DNA of 64,000 nucleotides. It comes from Octopus sinensis (lineage: Eukaryota). The notes beneath the pieces were generated by a model that saw only the letters and a program-made list of their open reading frames with translations, searched no databases and was not told the origin of the DNA. A program made the position numbers and the translations under genes. The stretch covers positions 11,098,001-11,162,000 of the forward strand of contig NC_043017.1 in NCBI RefSeq assembly GCF_006345805.1. Direction: 5' to 3'. Positions 1-13,463 of this stretch are shown here, piece by piece. The first letter of the stretch is position 1. Every line of letters begins with the position of its first letter.

Positions 1-73
1 GGGACATAAACACACCAGTATCGGTTGTCAAGCGATGTTGGAGGAGACAAACACAGACACACAAACATACACG

Positions 74-111
<38 letters not shown>

Positions 112-267
112 TACGACGGGGTTCTTTCAGTTTCTGTCTACCAAATCCACTCACAAGGCTTTGGTCGGCCCGAGGCTACAGTAGAAGACACTTGCCCAAG
201 GTGCCACGCAGTGGGACTGAACCTGGAACCATGTGGTTGGTAAACATGCTACTTACAACACAGCCGT
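1..267 (-). mobile_element. SINE family A copy, cut by window edge
   Basis: Reverse complement of the family A consensus (gtggctgtgtggtaagtagc...ccttgggcaagtgtcttct...internal (TA)n) seen about 20 times in the window. Confidence 0.85.
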
Positions 268-639
268 AATCTTTTTTTTTACTCAGAGGGAAGGTATTGC
301 TTGATTACATCAAACTTAGTGCTCAGCAGGTAATTATTTTATAAATCCTTAGAAGATGAAAGGCAAAGTCAGCCTCGGAGGAATTTGACCTCGAAACATA
401 AAACCAGGAAGAAATTCTGTTAAGCATTTTGTCTGGTGCAGAAAGAATTCTACCTGGGTTGTGATATAGGTGCAAGGCCACACATTGTGTGTGGAAAAAG
501 AACTGTCAATGCATTCCCTCCTTGTACTTGACAGCCACCTCTCTAATGTTAGCATCATGAGAAAAACACCCAGTACACTCTGAGAAGGGCGAGTTTGTGA
601 GAACCTGTTAGTCTTGTCAAGAATGTGACACATCTTTAG

Positions 640-850
640 TACTGGTGGCATAAATAAAGGCACTCAGAAGACTCAATAAAGTGGTTGGTGTTAGGAAGGG
701 TATTCAGCCTTATAGAAACCAAGCCAAAATGAGGTAGCTCCCACCTCTCTAGGCAAGCAGTACTACTTGAATAGTAAGTAGTACTGGCCCCAAGCGTGTT
801 GACTTGCCCAACCCATGCTAGCATGGAAAGCTGACGCCAGATGATGAGCA
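640..850 (+). mobile_element. Repeat family C (ggaagggcatcc-type retroposon with (GAT)n tail), degenerate
   Basis: gtggttggtgttaggaagggtattcagc...cccatgctagcatggaaagctgacg...gatgatga matches copies at 19.4, 26.2 and 37.8 kb. Confidence 0.75.
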
Positions 851-1612
851 GATATGGATGAAAGATAAAGTAGGTTATGACAGGATCTGAACTCAAAACT
901 TTTTCAAAAAAAAAAAAAAAAAAATCTGTTTTGGTGGGTATCAGATACGTCTATGAAATACAGGGAATACGATTTTCATAGTAATATTTTTTTTTTCAAA
1001 ATATCTTCCCATTTTCACTTTATGATCATAAACCGAAAGGTTTATTTTTACTAAACAGTCTTCTCAATAAATCCATTCATTTTTCTAAGAAATGTCTTTT
1101 ACTTTTAAATATGAAAACAAACTCCTTTAGTCTGTAGTATTTCGTCCTGTAATCTATCTTGCTTCAGTACTAAAATAATACATATTAGTTATTACGAGCC
1201 TCTAGCGTGACCACTCCATCGAGTGAGTCAATAAAAACATGAGGTTGTTGGTGACAATGACAGGCGATGGAAGAGTGATGATAAAAGATATCATACCTCA
1301 ACGCAAGACTACATACATTTATAACAGTAGTAGTAGTAAATTAAACTATCCGAGTGTATCAGATGTTGGTAAAAGTGAGAGCAATTTAAATAGCAAACGA
1401 AAGATATAAAATAACTTTGGTAAATTTGTCGAAACGACACTAAATCTCAACAAAAAAATCTAAAGTATGGTGTTTTTTTTTATTTATAAAATATATTATA
1501 AAACTGTAATTAAATCAGCTTAATTAGTGTTAATAATGACAGGCTCCCTTATGAAAACATAAGGCTTGCTGGTAATTTTTTCTGTCTAGAAAGGTATTTT
1601 CGATCCTCTCGG

Positions 1613-1815
1613 CCAGAGCTTATCAACCTTTTTTTGCGTATGGGGACTCCCTTTGATTCCTGTTTTACAGAGAGGGACCCTCATAGCCATTTGGTGTTTT
1701 AAAAGAAATCATGTTCCTACGTTCGAGATTCCCTCTTTTTCCTTAATATACAGACTCCCTAATAGGCTCATAAAGTATTATTTACACTACATGTGTGGCA
1801 CCCCTGAAGGTCTAC
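1613..1815. mobile_element. Possible hAT-like non-autonomous DNA transposon end
   Basis: cagagcttatcaaccttttttt resembles hAT/Charlie termini (CAG.GGTTCTCAACCTTTT); the matching other end was not found. Confidence 0.3.
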
Positions 1816-2827
1816 AACAATTCTAAGACGTGCTGCTGTTTTATATCTGTAACATATACCATTAAACGTTAATTAACTCGGTTTAATTAACCTTAATAAT
1901 CACATGTCTGATGATTTATTTGTAAATTGGGTGAATGTAGCAGGTCTTTTGTAAGTGGTTCCTTAAACAGCAGCAGACCTTAGAATTGTTGTAAGCATTC
2001 GGAGGATTCCACATGTCGAGTGTAAATAAATATTTTACGAGCCAACGAAGGTGTTTCTGGTAATTAACTAAGTCTAATTAAACTGACTTGATCACCGTTT
2101 TAATACATTTTATAAACAATAAAACATATTTTAGAATATTTGTAGGTATTCGGGGATTCCACAAAAGCGGTGGCTAATAAATACTTTTGAGACAATTAAG
2201 AAACCTGTGATTACTAAGACTAATCAAATTGACTTAATTATATTTTATAACATATTCTAAAAATAAAACCCTATACTTTCTCTTTATCCAGTGTTTCGTT
2301 TTCTACTGAGGGTCGCTGTACTCCACTAATCTGTAAAATTATACCATAATTCCTTAAAAAAAAACTATAATGTAGAGGAGGTCGTAGTTTGCCTACGATG
2401 TCCATATTCGACGTATGTACCTTAATTTCTTTCTTAGAATGTGGTTCCATTTTCAAAGAAACCCTCAACACAGCTATGGAAATTAAACAAACACCCTTAT
2501 TAATTAATATATATTATCATAATAATCGGTCGAAATGACAGCTTCATTGCACGAACGTCGTTAAATACTCTTAGAGCTACAGAAAATTAAATGAAAACTC
2601 TTAAAATGGGTATTTTAGAAAGAAAAGGAATCCTGATTTTGGTTCCTCATGACTTTCTGAAAAATCGTCAACTCTTTGAGGAAATTTTCTACACATTCCT
2701 TTCAGGTGGTGTAGAATACAATTATATCGGAATCTAATTTTAAAATAAATGTATATTGGTGGGTCCACATTCACACTGACATATATTACAAATTTTTTTC
2801 TTCAAAATTTCAAGTTTATTTTGTAGA

Positions 2828-3010
2828 TATATTTCTTTACTACCCACAAGGGGCTAAACATAGAGGGACAAACAAGGACAGACAAAGGTATTAAGTCGAT
2901 TACATCGACCCCAGTGCGTAACTTGTACTTTATTCATCGACCCCCGAAAGGATGAAAGGCAAAGTCGACCTCGGCAGAATTTGAACTCAGAACGTAACGA
3001 CAGACGTATT
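2828..3010 (-). mobile_element. SINE family B copy (partial)
   Basis: tttctttactacccacaagggg...ggatgaaaggcaaagtcgacctcggcagaatttgaactc is the reverse complement of the 43478-43710 copy. Confidence 0.85.
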
Positions 3011-3764
3011 TTGTAGATAGATAGATGTGATGTGTATCAGCATCTATTAGTGGGAGACCAACAATTCCCTCCACACACTTTTTTTATATATATTAAATTA
3101 TATAAAAGTAATCGACAATATCTGGAAGGTATTTGTAGAAAATTTCATTCCAAAATTCCCATTTTACTGAAAGTTATGAGGAAACAAAGTCTGGTGTGTC
3201 TCTCGACTGGGACACACAATACAAATAAAAACAGACGGAAATATAAGACAGCAGTGAAAATCGTCCGTAATAAAGATATTTCAAAGTAAATAAATTACTC
3301 ATGTGAATCAAATATTTTATGGAAGAAGGAGAAAGACTGAGAAAAAATTAGAACAGTTAAATAGTAAATAAAGGGAAATATAAATTACTTTCCACTAAAA
3401 TTGATGTTTATTAATGCACCGCCTAACCGGAGACGGAAATAGTAAGTATAACTACACTTTAGAGCCCCAATTACGTCTTAAAATATGCTTGTTTATTTTT
3501 TTTATAAACAAACATTTGCGAGAATGTAGATTACGATTATTTTGATAAATTGCTTTCTTAAGGACTTTTAGTTTATTCTCAATCCACTCTCCCGATTGTT
3601 TCCTCTTAACAGTTAAAATGCGTATTTTTAAAAGTTCTTTCAAAACACTATATCGTCGAAAACATATATCTGCAAAATGTCATTAATAAATATGCCTTTT
3701 TCAAGGAGTTGTGACATAACAAGAATTGCGATGGGGACACCACACCAGAGTTATGCTGTGTCGT

Positions 3765-3900
3765 CAATTAGGAGCCACTCCTGTGTCCAGGTTCGCCTAG
3801 CTAAGACCCTCTAGTCCCCTGTTTTGTGCTGCAGGAATACAAGCAGCCAAGCTTTTGTTCCGAATCAAGTCTTTGATATCGTCAGTCCATAAAGTCTGGA
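3765..3900 (-). mobile_element. Possible RTE-type LINE ORF C-terminal relic
   Basis: Minus-strand translation LWTDDIKDLIRNKSLAACIPAAQNRG resembles the W.DDI...A..R motif at RTE ORF ends; similarity is short. Confidence 0.3.
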
Positions 3901-5688
3901 CACTAAAGAGTAGGCACATCACAAAAATACTAAAGTGTAGTTGTCCATGGAACACCAAATTGGGATTATGCCAAACACGAAAGTGTAGATATGTCACAAA
4001 GACAACAAAATACAATCATAACATGCAAATAACTTCTGTCGTGAGGTACCAAACTATAGATATGCCATTGAAGCGCGAAACTGTAGTTATGTCGTAGTGT
4101 GGAAATGAAACAGTTCAATGTTTATAGATAACGTTTGTGTTTTGGGTGAGACAATAAAATAAAAATTACTGATATCAGTCTCGGTTTTAGTGATGCATGA
4201 ATGAATTCGAGCATTTGTGGTGTTCAAACACTTTGCTGAGAGAATGAAGCAAATTAGCAACACGTCAAATGGAATCCAGTCGGAGCAGAAATGATTATTC
4301 TTTTGCTTTTTTAGCGGGAAACGAAACTTCGGTTGATGTCTGGAAGGGATTCATTCAACTGGTCCGGAGACAGTCGTCCTTGCTTCCTGGCTCGTCATTT
4401 GGCATACAGATAATTTTTTTCATCAATTAACAAATATTATTGGTATACAAAACCAACCAGACATTATATATTTCATGCTTTATCAGTTCAGAAAATTAAA
4501 AAGTCAATTAATAAACGTAAATATTAAATCATGACAAATAATATTCGTTTCAAAAAACACTTACCACGCTGTTCGTCCGCACATTTTCTCAGTTGTAGTA
4601 TTTATTTACGAATGCTTTGTCGTATTTTTTGCCTAAGATATGCTGTTTTAATCTGCTTCAATTTATAATTATAAAAATAAGCTTATAAACAGATTGGAGG
4701 TGAGACTCTTTACATACGACGATGACGCCCGGGGTAGTCAAAACTAGAAACGGGTGGCTGTTGTTTGGCGAGAAGAAAGAAAAAATATCAATGGGCTTCG
4801 TCAATCATTTTATGGTTCATATAGAAAAAAATTAACATTAAAGAGAATAAAAACCTAGAAAAAGTAAATAATTTTAAAAAGATTTCGTTACCAAAAAAAA
4901 ATTAATTATACTTGCAATACTTCGGAAGGGTTAACATCCCATAATACTTAATTACCTAATATATATTATATATTAGATTAATTTTTTTTGAAATTAATGT
5001 AAATTGTATTTAGATATATTTTAATGTGAATTTCTAAAAAAGAAAATTAATTAAATTACAATAACCAAATATATCGAATCATTAATTCGATCACGTGTAA
5101 GGAAGGTATCGGTTTTCCATTATCATTAATATTATTATTGAAAATAAAGCAGCCACCTAGGTATCTCGTTCATTCATTCGTTTGAAGGAATTTATAAATA
5201 TAAAATGCTTATTACTTTTCTTTTGTCTTGGTCGCAGCAAAGACGTTTAAACGTGTAGAATACAGAAAAGTAACTGAGTTAATGCATCAAGTAATTTACA
5301 GACAGTGCGATATATAGATGAGATGTAATATATATAGATATGGTGAAGCCGAAATATATATATACATATGATGAAACCGATGTATAGAATGAGTTGAAAC
5401 TATAACATAACATAAAGGTTTGGTAGAACGAATCGGATGAAAAGAGTAAATTAGTATACGTATATTATTATTTTTTTTTTATCGGTAATAAGTTATAATT
5501 GACTCGGGGGACGAGTGTTTCGTGTATGGCAGTAATCAATTTTATGAATGCCGTACACGAAACTTTCGGCCTTAGAGTAATTTTTGGAACTTTCTGCCGC
5601 TTAGATTATAATATAGTGATGAAAATGATATCTACTACATATCATTTGTATGTGAGAGAAGTGACTTACGGACTCTTAGACGACTTAC

Positions 5689-5723
<35 letters not shown>

Positions 5724-5832
5724 TATCAGTAATAATATAGGGTGAAATTAATTAATTTGGAATAATCATTAATTTCACCAAGTAGATTTCGGCATGTAAA
5801 AGCCCCATTCAATGAAGGTTTAAGTAATACTA

Positions 5833-6018
5833 AGTAATTAAGGGTTTAGCAACGATTTGCCTCACCACACACCGAATTTAGAAACAGCAGTCAAAGAGTT
5901 ATAGCTATTCTTTCTACTGAGATCTCCCTTTTAGTAGAAAGAATAGCTATAACTCTTTGACTGCTATTTCTAAATTCGGTGTGTGGTGAGGCAAATCGTT
6001 GCTAAACCCTTAATTACT
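5833..6018. repeat. Palindrome with 86-bp arms and 14-nt loop; probable inverted Penelope-like pseudo-LTR
   Basis: 5833-5918 is the reverse complement of 5933-6018; I saw one mismatch. Confidence 0.9.
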
Positions 6019-6314
6019 GAGTATATATATATGCTATGTAGATACATGCTTATAGAGGAAAGGGTCATATATTTGAATACAAGACTGAAGGAAAAAAGAG
6101 AGAAGACATTTCTTATTCATTTAAAGCTCTTTTTATTTTATTTTATTTAAAATATTGAATAAAGCGCGACAGTTTTTTGTTTTCACAAAGAATATAATAC
6201 CGTTTAATACGAACCGTGTGCAAGTAATATATTGATCACTAATCAAGAAGCAACTTAAAATATATATTTAACGACATCTAACTACAGTTACGGGATTTAG
6301 ATGACACCCACGGC

Positions 6315-6480
6315 GATTTGGGTGATACACTCACGATAGTAAGGTCGTTGTTTCGATTCCTGGACAAGACACTGCGTTGTGTTCTTGAGCAAGATTCTTC
6401 ATTTCACGTTACTCCAATTCACTCAGCTGTAAATGAATTTCAGCAACAGCTGTGACGAACCGGCGTACCGTGCAGGGTAG
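6315..6480 (+). mobile_element. Degenerate tRNA-derived SINE with CORE-like domain (family D)
   Basis: B-box-like gtttcgattcc followed by gttcttgagcaagattcttcatttcacgttactccaattcactcagctgtaaatg; same family as 36100-36420. Confidence 0.7.
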
Positions 6481-7904
6481 CTGTTATAGTCTCACCCAGG
6501 GTAACATTTTCCCACCCAATCACCATATATTCAGCTGAAACCGACCACTATATAATAAATACAGGTGCTCCAGTTTGACAGTAACGGTACTCATATCGTA
6601 AATTTGCCATAAATACTATATGATCTATAATGTAGATTAGTTATAGGATTCAACGGAATCTAGACACACGAACACGTAGGGCGACACAGATGGCTAGGGA
6701 CAGTAACATAGGGTTCACATTTAGGTAAAACAAGCATTAAGGTATCAGGTAGGCAGGTGTTGGTTGGACACTATAACTATGGAAGTACCAAATCCATTTT
6801 AAATCATAGGTCCGGTGCTAGGTAGAGCGTATATCTGTATGTATGTATGTAATATATGTGGGTATGCATATAGGTATATGTGCACGTGTTGTTGGTTAGA
6901 AGCTGGGATTTCCATATGAATTTTCTAAAATTGGGATGATCATTTTGTTTTCATTTATTAAATGAAGAATTTTTGCCTGGTGAATTGAGTTTTTGTTTTT
7001 CAGGCGGTATGCCAAATTACTCCGAGGTTTTATTTTTGCTGTAGATCGTCTGTAACATCTCACCTTTGATCAAACTACCACCTCATATTGCTGGCCGTTT
7101 TCGCATTAAAAAAAATCAATTTATGAAGCAAAAATCTTCAACTACAGAAAAAAGAATTTTTTTTAAATAATCACCCAAATTTACCAAATATATATATATA
7201 TAAAAACAACGAAACCTCATCCCCTAGGAACTAACCAACAACGAAGTAGGGGAAAATGCATACATAGTAACTTATTAAAAGACCGATTTAAATAAGGACC
7301 CTAAAAACGAGGATACCTGATATAAACTTTGCTTGAAGACCCAATTCTGAATTTTTAATATCTACTACAGTACTGGGCACATTTTTTTTCCGACAGTCAA
7401 TGCTAAATGCCTATATATTACTATGCACGCAAATAATGAAGTGAAACAGTATCCGGTTTTAGTATCAGAAAGGTGAGGCTGCGAGAATTAAAATACAGTT
7501 AAAACAGCATGACGCGTTATTTAGTGACTCAGTTATTAGCAAGTGTTTCTTTCTACGAATTCTAAATTAAAATTTCTGATTCAATTTAAAAAAATTTGTT
7601 GGGAGGAGCTCGAGGTGACGTTCACGAGTTTTCATGTCCGTAAACCCATCTGTGATTATTGATTTATTTTGATTAAGCACAAAGGGCCAGGTCAATATTT
7701 TAAGGGAGTATGAAGACAAAAAAAATTTTTAACGGCTTACCGTCGTTTTTAAACCTAATATTCTTCGGCAGGGGTTACGTAAAAAATAATTTTTTTTTTT
7801 TACAAAGGCAAGAACAGGGAGTAGACATGAAGATCCCTACTCTTTCTAGTGATACAAAATTGCGTGCATAAGTGTGTGTATCTTCTACTTGTTTCATTCA
7901 TCAG

Positions 7905-8255
7905 ACTGGCGGTATGTTGGGGCACTGCTTTGAGGGGTTTAGTCGAATAAATCGATCCCAATACTTTTTTAAGTCTCGAACTTATTCTATCCGTTTCCTT
8001 AATACCGATCGGCTAGGTTATGGGAACATAAACAAACCGACACCGGTGGAACAAAAACACATATACACTCAGTATATTCATATTTGACGGATTTTTTTCA
8101 GTTTCCGTCTACAGAATCCACTCACAAGGCTTTGGTTGGCCCGGGGTTATGAAGTTGCATTTAATTCCGTTCGTTCTACTCAAGGTGCCATGTGGTGGGA
8201 CTGAACCCAGAACCGTGTGGTTAAGAATCAAACTTCTTACCACAGAGCCACGCCT
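7905..8255 (-). mobile_element. SINE family A copy
   Basis: Reverse complement of family A, including ccactcacaaggctttgg and cttcttaccacagagccacgcctgc. Confidence 0.8.
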
Positions 8256-9007
8256 GCAGAGGACATGAAACTCGTAGAAGTTTACATATAAATCCTCTGT
8301 ATATTGAATATGTATCTTTCAGAGGATGATGTACGTCTTTCGTCAGTCCCATCCATGTATATATTTGTCGGCAGCTTCTACCGGTTGCACCAAATGAGAT
8401 GACATCTAATAAATGTAACACCTCACGATTTTCAATCCTGCAAAAGGTAAACTTTGACTGTCATCAGTGACGATAGGATGAAACGACAGCATTTAAAGAT
8501 CGTGTCGCATACCTACAATGTAGCCAAGATGCGAACGGATTCAAAACAAATACAATACCAGACCAATTATCCGGCAAATCTGAGACCGGAAGTCTACCGG
8601 ATTTCTGAATTTTCCGGTTTTCTGGAAACAATCTTAGTATATTCTTAAAATCTAAAATAAATCATGAAATGTTAAGAAACAAATTGTAATCGATTGATTC
8701 AAATTAACACATTTCTAAAGCAGGGATTGACTGGTATTCATAAATCCATCCGTATAATATTTATAGTAAGAAAATTAAATGAAGAACATGATTTTATTTA
8801 AGCTACGGTTACAAATTAATGTAAATCTATAGCAGGGTTTCATAGTTAAAATTCTTAAAATATAACATACTGTACCATGTGTGCAGTATGATGTTTACAG
8901 AATGAAAATTAAACGAATAAAAGTAAAGATCGTGATTTTATTTAACCGATGCAGTTGCAAATTGATATGATTTTAAAGCAGATTATCGATCAAGCCACAA
9001 AGTTTTT

Positions 9008-9430
9008 TGGCGATCTTTCGTCTCTAGTAGACCTTTCCGTCGATTTCCGTAAAAATTTTTTTTTTTTTTTTACATATGGGCTTGCGGGAACTTTTGAAGT
9101 AATGAGAGCGAAAGAGACCAAGAGAAAGCGATTGTATGACGAGGGAAGTTCTTTTGAAGTTACCGTGCATGTGAAGCATTGATGTACATGTGTGTTTGTT
9201 TGATAGGGTGTGGGAGACAGACAGTATGTTGTGTAAGTGAAGTGCTTCTGTTAGTGTGTGTGAAGAGACAGAGTAATGTGTGAAAGAAAGAGATAACTGA
9301 AATTTTTTACTCGGTGTATGTGTATATGTATGTATATTACTTCAAAAGTTCCCGCAAGCCCATATGTAAAAAAAAATAAATTTTTTTACGGAAATCGATG
9401 GAAAGGTCTACTAGAGACGAAAGATCGCCA
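9008..9430. mobile_element. MITE-like element with ~95-bp terminal inverted repeats
   Basis: 9008-9103 and 9336-9430 are near-perfect reverse complements; spacer ~230 bp; gttttt on both flanks may be a target-site duplication. Confidence 0.75.
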
Positions 9431-9669
9431 GTTTTTTTTTTCTATACACCGTATACAAAATTAACCAACTTCCAAAATGAGAAAAACAGGAACTGTGTAT
9501 GCACAACGTTAGAAAATTGCTTTGGACAGCATTCCGGATTTCTGGAAGCCGGTTAAAAGATACGGCATTGTGTATAAATGATTTAAGAAGACAAGGGATT
9601 CCTAGGCTTTATCTCCTTAGTCTTCCCTCCCCCACCCCCTGTCTTCGAAGAGCGCCAAGATAGCAGGAA

Positions 9670-9700
9670 TATGATTGGGTGAAAATCAGTCACGTGATTC
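9670..9700. promoter_or_regulatory. CCAAT (reverse ATTGG) plus E-box GTCACGTGAT in a CpG-retaining region
   Basis: gattgg at ~9673-9678 and gtcacgtgat at 9689-9698, about 1 kb upstream of a candidate start exon. Confidence 0.3.
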
Positions 9701-10761
9701 ACGCTCAGCGGTGTAATTATCATGTAAAGGGGGGAACCTTGTTCCGCTCTGAGGAGAGGAAACAGTTTGTCATTTGTTGTGCATATTTATCTTCTTTCTA
9801 CCTCCGACAAACTACTGTATATATATTACTAAATATATATATATACCAACCCAACAACAACCTCTATTACTACTGCTTGCTTGTATTATATTATTATATA
9901 TTAGATTATATTACGCTGCATACGTATTTTAATTACGCCAACTTGGTTGGTTCTGCGACGAAAGTAGTGGGAAACCTTATCACATATTTGGTGGGGAAAG
10001 AAAGACAGGCAGAATATGTCAAGAAAATAGCAGAACATCGACTGCTATGTTGATTTCTATTTATCATCTTTGTAGTATTTTACTTTCTCCCTTTTCGATG
10101 TCTTAAACAAGATTTAAACAAACCTTTCCCCACCCAACAATCCTCCTTTTCCCCCTTTTCCTCGCCTCTGTATTCCTTTCTTGGCCATCACCCTCGAGTT
10201 TTATTGCAACACCAGTAATAATAATAAATTATTTAATTTATCTAATTTAGAATTTACCTATTAAAGAAAAAAAAAAAAATCAAACGAACAAACAAACAAA
10301 CGGTAGTTTAATAAAATATTGGTTGTTGAGGCTAAGATAAAGTGGATTATGATATATTATTATTAATAAAAAAAGCAAAGGCGGGATTATCTTTAACCAA
10401 AGCGACGATCACATTAACAGTGGACTGTTTACATTGGCGCACTTGGACAAGATTTGCGTGTGTGTATAGTTATATAGCATCACATGTGTTAAACAGTTAT
10501 ATATCAATAAATACAAACAGCATTCTCACTCATATCTACATACAACCACACACAAATACATATATAAATCTATCTACGCACACACATATACATATATATA
10601 TATACACACAAACATATCGGTAATAACCACTCACACACACACACATAAAGATATCAGCGCACAATCACACAATCACACACATATACATATCTTTACATAA
10701 CCACACACACACACATATATAAACATAACTACACATCTACACACCTAAGTGTGCTGTAAAC

Positions 10762-10791
10762 ATGGCGGAAGGTGGCACCTCCTATTGCCAG
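10762..10791 (+). CDS. Candidate first coding exon, MAEGGTSYCQ; product unknown
   Basis: Strong start context aaacATGG and consensus donor CAG|GTGAGT; no downstream exon could be linked. Confidence 0.4.
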
Positions 10792-11109
10792 GTGAGTCGA
10801 ATAATCATTGTTTTTTCTCGTTACTTCTCAACTAAAATGTAAACTTAACTCCAAGATGACTCGATTAATCATTCATATTTCCTTCTTCCATTTCTTTTCT
10901 TTATTATATATCGATAATTTATGTATAATTAATAGTCAACATTAACAACCCCCCACATAATACCGACAATGCGAGGTAGGAGCGTGGCATTGTTCACTCG
11001 AGTTTCTCTCGGTATCTAGAGAAATCAGAACAATGCTTCATAGTAAATTTGCTAGCGACAACTAGACAGAGAATGAAGTGTTAAATATCTAGCTATCCAT
11101 CAATCCATT

Positions 11110-11153
11110 TATCTATCTATCTATCTCTAACTGCTTATCTATCTGTCTATCCG

Positions 11154-11184
<31 letters not shown>

Positions 11185-11259
11185 CTATCTGTCTATCTAT
11201 CTATCTATCTATCTCTATCTGTCTATCTATCTGTCTATCTATCTATCTATCTCTATCTG

Positions 11260-11290
<31 letters not shown>

Positions 11291-11845
11291 CTAACTGTCT
11301 ATCTATCTATCTATCTATCTCTAACTGTCTATCTATCTATCTATCTATCTCTAACTGTCTATCTATCTATCTATCTCTAACTGCTTATCTATCTATCTAT
11401 CTATCTCTAACTGCTTATCTATATCTCCGAATTGTCTATCTAGCTATATGTCTACCTCTATATTTGTCTGTCATCTTGTCCATTACTTCGTCCGTTTGTT
11501 CATTTCCCTATTTGCCTATCTCTCTACCTACCTACCAGTTTCTCTGTTTATCAATGAGTCTTGTCTATCAATCTACCTCTATCCATCTGTTCATCTTGTC
11601 TATCCTCATCTAGTAAATCTGTCCTGTTTATCTATCTATCTATCTATCTGTCTGTCTATCTGTCTGTCTGTCTATCTATCTGTCTATCTATCTATTTGTC
11701 TATCTATCTGTCTATCTATCTATTTGTCTATCTATCTGTCTATCTATCTGTCTGTCTATCTATTTGTCTATTTATCTGTCTATCTATTTGTCTATCTGTC
11801 TGTCAATTTATCTATCTGTCTGTCTGTCTATTTGACTATCGAGAG
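11110..11845. repeat. Compound (CTAT)n/(CTGT)n microsatellite
   Basis: Direct inspection; includes a recurring ctctaactg interruption at 11290-11420. Confidence 0.95.
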
Positions 11846-12224
11846 GTAGAAAGAAAAAAGAATTTTTTTGTTATGTTTATTATGTTTTAAATAGTTGGTT
11901 GCTATGATGAAATAATACGAGTTGCTTAATACAAATAAGGTGGTTTGATGGACTAAGACAAATTAGAAGCCGACCGGTCGAGTCGGCTTTTGTCTTTCAT
12001 ATGACCCTTGGGATGTTTTTTTCCCTCCCTTAGGGGATAGTAATATATTTATGGTTAAGTGAGTACTATAGTAGTAATAGTAATCTTCTAGCTGTTACTA
12101 TTGTTTAATATTTTCAGCCTCACTTCTCTGTCTATTGTCAGTTTATCTAGTCAAAAGAAATATCTTCACTCTGACACTAAACCAACTAGAGCCGTGGGCA
12201 AGCATATATGGTTGCTATATCTAT

Positions 12225-12905
12225 CAGATATAGCAGCCAAATCTTACTTAAAATTACACTTTCTAGATGTAAAGGACAGACATGACAATAATTGCGGAAA
12301 GCCTCTGTAGAAATATACATTTCAATCTTATATAAGGACAAGACACATAAGACGAGCTATGGCGAGTCTTATCGCTGTATCTATTAGAAATAGCAGTTAA
12401 ATCTCCCTCAAATTACACCTTTTAAATTTATAAAAGAACAGGACATCTTAAAATAACTGTGGGAAGCTTCTGTGGTCGTTATATGTGTAAGAAATAGCAA
12501 TTAAATCTCCCTCAAATTACACTTTCTTGTCTTATATATGGACAGCAAACAGGAGAACCGCGATCGCTGTATTATCAGAAATAACAGCTAAATCTCCCAC
12601 AAATCACACCTTCCAGGTTTATATATGGACATAACACATTAATAGTAACTGAGGAGCTTCTGTGGTTATCAAAAACACTAGCTAAATCTTCCTCTGATTA
12701 CACCTAGATTTATGTAAGGACAAGATGTGACAACTGTGGGGAAACTTCTGTGGGCGTTGTACTTAACAGACATCGTTGCTAAATCTCCCTCAAATTCTAC
12801 CTTTCGGACATATTAGAACAGGAGACGTTAGCAGGAATGTAGGAAGCATCTATGATCGCTGTGTATATCAGAAATAGCAGCTAAATCTTCCTCAAACCAG
12901 ACCTC
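12225..12905 (+). repeat. Degenerate tandem array, ~7 units with ~90-105 bp spacing
   Basis: Core agaaatagcagctaaatctccctcaaattacacc starts at ~12225, 12386, 12490, 12577, 12671, 12766 and 12870. Confidence 0.85.
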
Positions 12906-13229
12906 TCGGTCTTATATAGGGACAGGACACAGATAATGCAATCCTTTAATAATCCCCCAATATCTCTAAAAAGGTAAGATTATCATGGCTAGATTGCTCT
13001 TGATCACAAGTCTTGTTCTATCAGGGCTGGCTAGCTGACTGGACGTAATTCTAAACAGCTAAATCGACAAAATCTTTGTCCCTTTATATCGAATATATGT
13101 GATTAAAATCGATCATGGTAGCTGTGGCTAGCTCAATCCACAACTGACTTCTAGTCCCGAAATCTTAATTTTACATTTTAAAGGGTTCCAGACACCTACA
13201 AAATAGAAGGAAGAGGCAAGCTGTTTACC

Positions 13230-13463
<234 letters not shown>

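Noticed and set aside
10762-10791. Assignment to CHCHD4/Mia40
   Set aside because: Only the tripeptide SYC matches; no GKD.IIF or CPC/CX9C exon was found downstream.
11956-11995. Helitron 3' hairpin
   Set aside because: A GC-rich stem is present, but there is no CTRR terminus downstream.
12225-12905. CRISPR array
   Set aside because: The repeats are degenerate, the spacers are related to each other, the context is eukaryotic and there are no cas-like ORFs.
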